Shown: positions 10,901 through 21,570 of the stretch, one piece after another
Layout of the letters: the number at the start of each line of letters is the position of its first letter
How positions within the stretch are numbered: position 1 is the stretch's first letter
DNA from: Carpediemonas membranifera BICM
Taxonomy: Eukaryota; Protista; Fornicata
Assembly (NCBI GenBank): GCA_019828565.1
Contig: JAHDYR010000064.1
Coordinates: 851,162-915,161 of the forward strand
Direction of reading: 5' to 3'
Length of the DNA stretch: 64,000 bases
Notes under the pieces: model-generated
What the model saw: the letters and a program-made list of their open reading frames with translations, nothing else
What the model was told of the DNA's origin: nothing
Database searches by the model: none
Translations under genes and position numbers: made by a program

Positions 10901-13166
10901 TGATCGCTATGGTGGACTTTGAGGAAGGAAGAGCCAGATCCAACCAAGGAGACGAGGCCATCATTTGCGAAGGGGCGGCACTGATTTTCGACCCAGCTAA
11001 CGAGCAAATCCTCTACTACATGCACGGGATGCTTGGGGAAGACATCACAGTGGATGCCCTGGACCAATGTCTGTGGGCCACGCACTACATCCATGGCTGC
11101 CCACCAGCTACGTTTGTCGACGTCACCACGGGCAAAGCCCCCAAGGGATACGAAGCAGACTTCCCCCACGCCAAGCGATGGTGCACCGAGATGGCTACAG
11201 AGCTGAAGAGACTGGAAGACGACTCGGGGCCACAGAAGACCCACGTCCACATCGTGGCTAAGGGAGTCGAGGCTGAGAGAAGCATCCTGACCAGTGAGAA
11301 GTTCGTCCCAGACGGGAACCTCCGCACCTGGCTAAGCTTACGCCTCATGGATGAAACTGACCTCAACACGATCTTCCCCAACATCCTCGACACGCTGACC
11401 TGGTTCTACCCCAATAGTGGGGAGAAGAGCCTCACCGGCCTCCCCTCCCGACCCCAGTCCGAACTGGGCCGGACCTGGACCAGAAGGTACCAACAGCGCC
11501 CGGAGGCAAAATTGGTGTGCCCCCTATCACAAGCACGCACCCCACCACTGCCACTGCGCCCTAGCAGATGTCTCCATATTCTACGCCAGATTAGCAACAG
11601 CGTTCTGGATGAGAGACAACCCAGGCTGGGACTGGGGGGCAGGTAGAAGCCCACCTCACAGCCCTAGGAAGCATGCTCATGGGCAGGGGAGTCGCCGTAC
11701 CATGATGAATACAAGGACCTGGCGACCAAAGTCAACGCCAGACACGGCCTCGGCACCGTGGCGGCCGGTCGCCTAACCCCATTGTCCCAACAAGTCAACC
11801 TCTTTGGCACCAAGAACCCCAAACGGGGCCAGATTATCATGACCAACTGGGAGGAAAACGATTTCAGCTCCGGAAAGGGTATCACCAGAGCCCTGGAAGG
11901 AACAGCCGTGATCATCGGAAACCCAGAATCGCTCGCGAGAGTAGGCGAACCAGCGCGACCCATCCTCCTGGAAATCCACTCGGAGTGGAACGGGCGCCGC
12001 CGCGCTGTCCAAGACGGTTTCCCTTGGGCGAACCTGAGGGGGAGCCCACGGAAATAGACGCGGAAAAGATGCTTACTCTAGACGTCAGCGACACCAAAAC
12101 GATGACCCTATCCCAAGCGGCGTCTTTGATGCCCGTCCACAAATTCGACATAGCTGGAGGCCACATGGGCAGAGAAGCCAGGAAGAAGATCTTCAACTAC
12201 TTCACGGAGGTCCCAGCCGACGATCGAGAACTCCCTGGCCAACATGTGTGTCGACCCGGAGACAGGCTCCATCAACTTCCTCCCCTCGTTCCTCCCCCGG
12301 GACTGGGGTATCACGGATGAACCAGCAGAAAGAGGGAAGAGGCGAGTGGGCACCGTGAGGAGCGCCTCCTGGATAGGCAAACTCGCCCTGGCGGGCTCAG
12401 GCGTGGAACACCCAAAAGGGGGGAAGCCATGGGACACGCTGAACTGTGTTTTCCCGGAAGGCGCCAGCACTAACGCCAAGAACAGACTGAGGACCGAGAG
12501 GAAGCAGGCGCTTCGAACAAAGGTGAGACGAAGGGCTACTGAACTCGCCAAGATGCTCCACAGGAGGACGGAGGTCTACCTGCCGAATGGCGGCATAGGG
12601 GGCCTATATGGCCCTCCACGCGGGCAAATTGTCACTGAACAACCGCAAAGTAGCAGGACAGAGCGAACAGAGCCCGGGCCCCCTCCAACTAAGAGCTGTG
12701 CCCCCCCATACCCCCCAACCCATCAGCCAAGACCCGCCAGGTCAGACAGGTGGACCAAGAGGACCTGCAGCCCAAAAAGAGCACGACAGGAGGACACCGA
12801 CCTGGGCAGAGGCATAGCGGCCCTGCTGGACCAAGCCATGGCCCGGCGAGAAGCAGAGGTCAGACAACAGCTGGAAGAAGCTGCAGCCAGAACCATCAAC
12901 GAGCTCAAGGCCAAAAAGCCAGGAGCTGGAGGAAGAACGGGAAGCCCGGAGAGCAGCCCAAGCTGCGTTGGACGAGATGCGGAAGGACCTCAGGGAGACA
13001 ACGGAGAAGTGCTCGTCTCTAACCGAAGAGAACGAGGACTTACTCAGCCGCGCGGCCCGACTCTCGGCAACCAACGAAGCCCTCAGCTTCACCCCTAGCA
13101 GCCAAGATGGATAACTTCAGGTCTGACCTGAGAAGGAAGAGAGGCGAGGAGAAGGAAGGAGAGTAG
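7904..13166 (+). CDS. Putative giant ORF1 (up to about 1700 aa if homopolymer frameshifts are corrected; start uncertain)
   Basis: Chain of overlapping + ORFs; where copy 2 overlaps (from about 9931), several frameshifts differ between copies and complement each other. Confidence 0.55.
10890..11600 (+). CDS. Maelstrom-like / DEDDh-ECHC nuclease domain within LINE ORF1
   Basis: IAMVDFE, IICEGA, ATHYIHGCP, IVAKGVEAE, WCAPYH..HCALAD (frame joined using copy 2). Confidence 0.72.
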
Positions 13167-13739
13167 AAACAATCATAAGTAAGAGGTGCAGAGGGTAGTG
13201 TGATATAAGTCTGAGCTAAAAGTGTATATATGAACCAGCAAGTATGGCCAGGCTGTGACTAGTAGGGCCTTAAAGTCCAAATGGACACCGGCGAACCATT
13301 CCGGCGGGAGCAAAAATGCAACACATTCTTTTTCAACAAACCCCTGTGCCCCCACAGGGGCCGGGGGCAGGGTTACCAAAAGGTAAAAGAGCCCTGCCTG
13401 TCCGGCAGGCTGTAACTCCAGCCTTGGGAGGGGCAACAACCACTGTCGCTCCCACCTAAGCTCGTTAGGTAATGGTCCTGCCATGCGGCGAGGAAGGAAG
13501 CTAAGCGGAGACCGGCAGCAATGCCGACAAGCATCGTGAGGCCCCGACTGTGAAAGGGAATGGTATGCCCTAGGCCGGGAACTAAGGGAATACAGGCACA
13601 AGCCTGCCCAAAAAGGAAACGACTGCTCGGTTAGAGGCCTCAGCAACCCACCAAAAGGTACGCCCAAAAAGGGAATGTCTACAAAGAGCAGATTAGTGCG
13701 CGCAGGGTAACTCCCGCAGTTTATGTCAGAACAACCTGA

Positions 13740-16700
13740 ATGAGAATAATATCGCTAAACAGCGAAGGGCACCTAGCGGGCGCAAACGATTACAGCGGAT
13801 CCATAGCTTTATCCATCCGCAAGAGGATAAGGACTGATGCGATCCTCCTCCAGGAAACCAAGCGGTACGGTAATACCACCATCCCTTGCTGGGTAGATCT
13901 CCAGTACGCCTGTGCAGGAGAGGTCAAGCCATTAGAGGCAACGCGCAAGCGACCCACAAAGGGACTGGCCACACTGATTAGCCCGCACTCCAAAGCGGAA
14001 TGGGACGTAGGCGTGTCCGACGGGACGAACCCACGAATCCAAGTAAGCATCCTCAAAGCATCGAGGGCCACGGCAGTCATCAATATCTACGCTCCCGATA
14101 GTGGATGTGCGCGACCCGAGATTGAGGAGTTCGACCGGATGCTAGAGCAAACCGTCGCGAACTATGAGGGGTGTGACATCATCATCATCGGGGACTGGAA
14201 CAGGAGGCCAGGGAAACTCAGGCAAGCAACTGCGATGACCCTCCAGCGATGGAACCTCACCCCAATAGCACCAACTGCACCGACGTACGGGACTAACTCC
14301 CGAACGTCCACAATAGACTATGCAGCGGTAACAGGGGGTATCCAAAACCCGGTTGTTAGGGTAATAGACAAGACCACAATCGGGCACTGGGGGTCGGCAC
14401 ACAAAGCCATAGAGCTCACCTGGGATAGCAACCCGACAGGGAAACCAGAGATATCAAAGAGACTGGAAATCCCACGGATCGATACGTGGCTGGTCAAACC
14501 CAGGAGAACAGGGCCCAAGCTAGAAGAGTGGCCACCACTAGACAGCAAAATACCAGTGGACGAGATGGAGACTCTCATAAGGAAATGGTTGTCCACCGGG
14601 TTTGCTACCTCCAGAAGGCACCCATTCGCTGTAGAAAACCAGGAACGTATCCCTAGTGAGGTATGGGAACGGCTGGCCAAAGCCTCCACCTGGAGCAAAA
14701 ACCGCCGCCAAAGATATCAAAAAGTCCCTCAACGGAGCACTGAGCAGATCATGGAGGACCTTCCAACATGACTGGAATGAGCAGGTTGAGGTTGGATCCC
14801 GTGATGGGTACAAAACGACAAAAAGGATCCTCGCAAACCAAGTGTTCCGCTTCTGGAACGAGAAGCAGCACGCCGGTCTCCCCGGTGATGCTGAAGGCTG
14901 GAAACAAGATTCTAGCAAGGCAGAGGGAGATTGCAGACTCCCTCCAGGAGCAGTACGCGAAGGTAAGCTCCGGGAAGGAACCCACCTGGGAACCCACCTG
15001 GGAAACCGAGCCGGAAACGGACATGGAGGACCATCCGCCATCGCTTGAAGAAGTGACAGCGGCGGTCAAGTCCATAAGGAAGTCCTCGGCCGGAGGCCCG
15101 GACGGGATTATTGGAGATTGTCTGAGGGACCTCCCCGAGTCAGCGTACGAGGCAATCACAATCCTGCTCGCGAAAGTATACGACAGCGGGACCATGCCAA
15201 CCACATGGAAGTATGCAGCGGTGTCGCCTATCCACAAGGTTGGGAAGGACAAGCTCACGCCCAGCTCGTACAGACCGATCTCCCTCACCCCCCTCCTATA
15301 CAGAGCCTACGGGAGGATACTGAAATGGCGCCTCAGGCCGACGGTGGAGAAGTTCATCCCCAGAGAGCAAGTTGGGTTCATGAAAGGGAAAACTGTAGTG
15401 GATCACATAGCCCTCCTAGCCCAACTCCACCAGTCCGGAAACCGTACCAGCGTCCTACTTGACATAGCAAAAGCATATGATACGGTCCCAAGGGACCTGC
15501 TGGTGAACAAGTTGACGCTCATGGGGGTACACCCAAGACTGACGAGGGCCATCCGAAATACACTTACAGAAACGTACATCTCGGTACGAGGGGCAAGCAC
15601 ATGGTCCAGAACAAACATGGGGGTCAAGCAAGGATGTGTGGTGGCCCCCACTCTGTTCATTCTCTTCACAGCTAACTGGCTAAGCCAGGCGGCACTGTAC
15701 CTCCGGCATAGAGAGATCCCGGACCCCTGCCTCCCTCCAACGGACGATAGGCCCAAAAACTGCCTCATTGCAATGTTTGTAGATGATACAAGCATCTCAG
15801 TCGAGACCCCGCAGCTCGCCGAAGAAGGCACAGACGCAGTGGTCAGGGTAATTGAAGCCCATGGACTCCAGACCAGCCCAGGCAAAAATGTGGTGATAAG
15901 TACCGACGTAACTGCAGCGGTCAGCATCCAAGGAACTCCCACACTGGCGTCAGACTCAGCAAGGTATCTGGGACTCTGGCTAGCCAGCGGGAAGAATCCG
16001 TTGGCAGCATGCATCAAAATGAAGACGTCACAATCCCGGAAATACCTAGCCCTGGCAGGAGAGCAGGGTGGACCAAAGGATCCACCCCGGCCGCCACCTC
16101 GGAATCCATCCTCAGAACCTTCCTCTGGCCCAAGATCGAGTTCGGGATCGAGATCTGGGGCCAAGCGCCAGGGGAAGAGCCATCCGGAACAACTGGCGCG
16201 GCCTAATGGCAGGCACAGGACCAGGGGGAGGAGGAGCCGCCCGTGTACTAATGGGATGGATGTGCTGGGAGGCAGATATGGGGCAGAGAGCGGTGAGGCT
16301 CTATGAGTCTGCGCACGACCCGGACCGTCCGACCCCCCTAGGGAATCTGGACTGGGCGACAGCGGAGAGAGGATCGGTCTTACATCGCCTCTACCAATGG
16401 CGACGGAGCGTCCTCCAGGGCACACAGGAGGAGATGCCCGCCAGGGAAAGAGCAAAGAGGGGAGGCTGGACCCTCACAGCAGAAGAACTACTGCACACCG
16501 GGAGCCGAACGGCCAAAGGGGTGGCAACAGTACTAGCCCCGGAAGTCATCCTCAGCATGCAGCAAGGGAAGAGACCCAAGAAACCAGGAATGATCAAGGG
16601 TGAGATGATAACCAGACGGGAAGTCAAGAGAGTAATCATGACTGCATCCAACACACTCCCCTCCCCCAGCAACAGTGGCAGAAGCAGAGCCATACTTGGG

Positions 16701-17112
16701 AGCGCGATCGGCCAGCCCCAGGCCCTCCTGAGCAGGATCAAGCGGTGTTGCCCCCTATGTACCCTGGACTCAGAAGGTGACACCATTTACTCGCCTGTAC
16801 ACTGTCACCAGAACCGCGGCGGAAACCACCAAAATCCTCTCAGAATGGGCATACAACCAGCCCCTGGGAACACAAAGCCACATCATCTGCCAATGCAAGG
16901 CGGTAGAACGCCCAGAAGGATGGAATGACATCCTGGCGGAGGCGCATCTACGCACACAGTACCACGCCCGAAGGCAAGGGCAGGAGGCGGAGTGGTACAA
17001 CTCAAGGGCAATCCTGGAAATGCTCTGGCTCCTCCGCAGCGAGGACCATACCGTCAGAGAGGGACTGCAGAACGGCAGACGTGCCCTTCTGAACCTCCGG
17101 AAAGACGGGTAA
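13740..17112 (+). CDS. LINE ORF2: AP endonuclease, reverse transcriptase, C-terminal Cys/His motif (frameshifted)
   Basis: SLN, LQET, NIYAP, GDWN, TIDY, SAH; YRPISL, LDIAKAYD, GVKQG, FVDD, YLG; CPLC..HIICQC. Confidence 0.93.
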
Positions 17113-18114
17113 GTACACCATCCCAGAATCCTATGACCTCTGGGACCAGGGTCAAACTGGGACCCAACCCCCCGCCTCAACCGAAGCGGAGCGCTCCTGG
17201 GATCAGCGGGGGACGCAAGCCCACGTATCCCGGTAGCACCCAGCCGCGGAAGGGGGACTCAACCCCGAACACTAATCTCGCTAACACACAAACGCTCACC
17301 CATACTGGGAACGTAGACAACATTCAGCCGGCAGAACCGGCACACTCTTCACACGTATAAGAAATAACCCAGAGCCATAGGGCGGGGCACGTATGCACAT
17401 GTATACACGTACGTGCGAGGTATCGGGGCGCAGCAGCCAAACAGGAGGGTAACCATAAGGCAACAATACCACCTGGGCGGCACCTGGACCAAATCAGAGC
17501 TGCGCCGAACGGCCCGGCACCCAAAACTTGGAACTAGCCGGAAGCTAGGAAGAAGCCCTATAGGGAACAAATCCTTGAGGAGGGGATCCATGCCGGAACG
17601 GAAAGTGTGGAAGAGCCCGAACGCAGCCGTGAATCATATAGCTACCCAGCGATGATCGGTGGGTTTCATAACTGGCCCAATTGCGTGGTACGGCAAACGC
17701 CAAGCCCGAAACCGCTTCGGCGGGTGCCTGAAAAATTGCAAACTGGGTCGAATGGTATGGAGAACATATCCCTGAGAGGAGCCCTGTAGGGGAAACCGAG
17801 CAGAAGGCCCCGGTGGCGGGTGTGCAGGGCAAGGCCTTGCGGGTGCCAGGCAGAACGGGGGCCCGAAGGACCCCCAAGAGTAAGACCTGGGTTATCCCGA
17901 CTTTGGGGGTATCGGGCCAGCCAGTTGATAGGTCAACATGCAAGGGACTACCCAGCCTTACCAGCTGGACCCTGACGGTGATGGTGCTAACGCCCCCAAC
18001 GTAGTATCAGGCTCGCTCACGAAGGGAAGTCAACACGCTAAGGCGTTCCCGGGGACATGGGGTGGTGCAAACTGGTAATTCCCTGATTTACACAGGTGTA
18101 CAGGATACGTTAAA

Positions 18115-18132
18115 TTTCTTTCTTTCTTTCTT
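18115..18132 (+). repeat. (TTTC)n 3' tail of the LINE
   Basis: TTTCTTTCTTTCTTTCTT before the right TSD; same tail on copy 2. Confidence 0.88.
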
Positions 18133-20029
18133 TGGTCGCCTGGAAGAAGGCAGGGGCTGTCTTGATGCCAAAGGGGACCCGTGTGAACTGGAATAGGCCT
18201 TCCGCCGTGGCAAAAGCCGTCATAGGGCGGGAATCAGGATCCAGGGGTATTTGGTGGTACCCAGACACAAGGTCGAGAGTGGCAAAGCAAGTCTTGCCTC
18301 TCAGGCGAGCCAGGATCTCATCGGGGTTGGGGACAGGGTGGGCATGGTCCTTGACCGTCTCGTTCAAGAGGCGATAGTCGATCAACATTCTGCGGAGACC
18401 ACCCTTCTTCGCAACCGTAAAGGCTGGGGCGCTCCAGGGACTTGTAGAGGGCTCTATAATGCCCTTCTCGAGGAGTGAAGCTACCTCAGCATCGATTTGT
18501 TCGCGAACTGCAGGGCTCTGGCGACGAGGCGGAACAGACACCGGGACAGCGTCTGGTAGCAGTTCGATCACCATGGGCGGTACGTCGGCGCCCTCGGGGT
18601 GTACCTGGGCCGTAAAGAGTGAACAGTACTTTGCCTTAACCTGCGCGATCATTTCTGGCACGTCTTCGACACGAGCAGCACGGGGAGGTGGTGACGACGG
18701 ACGCGGTTCGTGAGCGTCCGGAACGATGAAAAGATCTTCGTCATCGCCCCAATCGTCAAGGCGGCTCGTTGATACGTTCTCATCATCGTCGATGTTATCC
18801 GTAGCGTCGAAAGCGAGGTGGTGGAGCAGATCTAGCTCCTTCATCGTGTTGTACGAGATAACTGCACCCTTAACATCGTCCGAAATGTAGAAGGGCATCG
18901 TTGTCTGCAAGTCGCCTACGGTCATAAGCAGGAAGGCAACTCGTTCGATTTTGGCGGGGCCGTTAGCGGTGTCGATCATGAGATCGGCTTTGGCGATGCG
19001 AACAGGCCCCACTTCATCGAGTACGTCCTCGTTTAGGATGTCAATGGAGCTCCCGCTATCGAGAAGCGCGAGGACGTCAGCAGTCAGTGTGCGGTCCGTG
19101 GGCGAGCTAATCTGGACTGGGATCATCGGAAGATCCTCGTGGACGTTTGCCTCGTAGACGGCAAACTTAGCCGCTGGACGGCGACGCTGAGCGTTCGGGT
19201 GAATACCTGTCTCGAGGAAACCGGGTTGGCCCCGGTTGGGACATACTTCGCGCCGATGGCCAGCCTGGCCGCACCCAAAACAATGGATGCTGGCAGGATC
19301 GCGCTTGACGGCACGAGGACGTGGCTAGGCGGCCGGTGCTACTGGGGCACCTGGGGCAGCCTGACGTTCGGCAAGCTGAGGGCGAGGGGGTCGTACGCCA
19401 GCCAAGGGGTCGGGTACGATGGACGCACGGTCCAGTAAATCATCAAGCTCGACCATGGTGGCGTTGGCCAAAACTGCGAATCGTTCAGCAGTTGTGCCGT
19501 CGCCGAAGTTCGGATCGCTCAAACGCACCATTTGAGCGAGAGTAGTGGGAATTGAAGATAAAAAGAGTTTCTTGAGCATGCTGAAGGGGGGAATTGTCTC
19601 GTTGTCCAGGCTGTTAATGAGGGAAGCAACCTTTTGGACGTATTCCAGCAGATGCGGCATGGAAGGCGAAACACCACGGTAGTTCGGGAACCGGATGCGT
19701 TCAAAGGCTCTCATCGCCGCAGCCTGCGACCTCGGGGTGTAGAACGCCTGTTCCACCCGCCGGAGAAGTTCCTCGCTCGTGAGGCCGTCGAGATCGGGAA
19801 TCCTCATACGAAGAACAGTGAGCGTGTCCGGAGCGATCATCTCACGGACATGACGCGCTTCATGGGCCGGATCGGCAGCCCAGAAGGCCCGCACGGCGTG
19901 GACAAAGTCGTACCACGCGCCTTGGTTTCCAAGCCAGGCAAACCAAGGCCTCTGAGCGTCTTGAGGGTGGGCAAAACGGCGCTCTCGCATACCCAAATGA
20001 TCATTGTAGGGTTCTCGTCGGTTAAACAT
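18133..20029 (-). CDS. gag-pol: Gypsy family E Gag-protease-RT N-terminus
   Basis: Gag-like ORF; CCHC knuckle CFGCGQAGHRREVC near 19240-19283 in frame with LLDSGS protease and LDLVSGYHQ..VPFG RT. Confidence 0.9.
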
Positions 20030-20368
20030 GTTGTTGTATCGTTGTGTTTATTGAGTTCGTAAGCTAGGTCCGCAGACCCGGGTTCGCAGGCCCAGGGTTC
20101 GCACCCTGCTGCCTGGACCCGACCTCAGGAGCTTACTGGCTGCGTCTTGCTCGTCGTCAGCCATTTCCAGGGATGTGCCGAACAGGGGAGGTTTTCCCCC
20201 TTGGTTAAATTGGCTTAAACGTCCCAGGTCACCAGCCGAATATTTTCCACGAATCTAGAAGATTCTCCCGAATCTTTTGGGTTTGGGTCCAGGTGATCGG
20301 CACCCCACTCGGACCCTTGTGGACCGCGCCCCAAGGCGCACTGTGTCTACGTCTACGACGGTACGCCA

Positions 20369-20441
20369 GCTTCCATAGCTCAGTCGGTAGAGCGGCAGAC
20401 TGTTAATCTGTAGGTCGTTGGTTCGAGCCCAACTGGGAGCG
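20369..20441 (+). tRNA. tRNA-Asn(GTT)
   Basis: 73 nt; acceptor GCTTCCA/TGGGAGC, D arm, CAGA-CTGTTAA-TCTG anticodon arm, GTTCGAG T-loop; no T4 terminator just downstream. Confidence 0.95.
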
Positions 20442-20651
20442 CAGTATGTTTAAGTTTAGCCTGCTTGTTGCTGACTACAGGCAGCTCGTGTCGCTAGAGT
20501 ATCCTAGCATCCTAACTCATATCCAAATGGGAAACCGACCAATCCCGTCCTCCTCAGGGAGTTAGCTGCACTATGCAAGCTTCTGTGCCAGCGGCTCCTT
20601 GCCGCCTCGGCTCACCGGACGTCGCCATGACGATCCTCGGTGCGATGGTGT

Positions 20652-21570
20652 TTAATGGGATGAGAACAGTGTCTCAGCAGTTTTTCTTAACTGCGACGGA
20701 TGATTTCTGATGGCCTCGCCGATGTAGGGGCGGAGTGAGTTGCCATTGGCCCATGTGCCCAGCTGTAGCAGGGTCTCGAGGGGTGTCCCGGCGAGGGCTA
20801 ACTCGGAGGCGGCCCCCTTGCGGAAGCTGTGGAGGCCAACGCGGTCGTCGTTGAACGTCCTCCGGAGCTCATCTCGCATGTACCGCATGGAGGCCGCCTT
20901 CCGTCGGCTGATTGTACGGTCGGAGGTGATGACTCTCCAGATGCCGACATCTGGCGGCAAGCGGAGGCCGAGAACCCATCTCTTCAGCGCGAATGCGGGG
21001 TTGAAGGGACCCAGTAAGACGTTCGGCAGGGATTTTGACACCTTAGTCTGAGTCTTGGTCTGGCCGATGAGGAGTTGGACGTCTCCGTTGGCTTTGAAGA
21101 CGATGTCGTGAGGAGTGAGGCGGAATATCTCTGCCCCACGGCTGACTGTTAGGTATGCGATCGCGGCGAACAGGGTCGCCTGGTAAGCCGAGACGCTGTC
21201 GTTCCGACGAGTGATTGCGCGCAGCATGTCCTCCTTGAGTATGGGCGCCGAGCCACCTGTCATGCCGTCCGTCGAGGCGTGGGCGGCGATGCCGCGTCGA
21301 ATCTGAGAGCAGTAAGGACTGGGAAGCCAGTCGGAGAACAGGGGCGCGGCTCGCTCTATCCAGTAGCCCTTGCGCTCTACGGTGGCTGGGGCGTTATGCT
21401 CTGCCTCCTCCTCGAGGAAGGCTCGGTATACTTCGGTGTCGTCTAAGTCCTGGCCTCGGAACTCTATAAAAGCGGTGATCCAGCCGGCTACTGCTCGGCG
21501 CGTCTCGTGTCTGCGCATGTGAGCGAGTATTGGGTGGTTGACGATGCTGGTGAACAGGTCTGGAAGGCGA
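20652..21570 (-). CDS. Tyrosine recombinase of YR element 1 (frame open upstream to 22733)
   Basis: SRGAEI (R), TKT (K), HSFRKG, GTW, LRPY. Confidence 0.92.

Larger units (their letters stand above)
7370..18132 (+). mobile_element. Giant (10,763 bp) APE-type non-LTR retrotransposon, copy 1
   Basis: 23-bp TSD, long ORF1 region, APE-RT ORF2, about 1 kb 3' UTR, (TTTC)n tail; second copy at 44930-64000. Confidence 0.93.
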
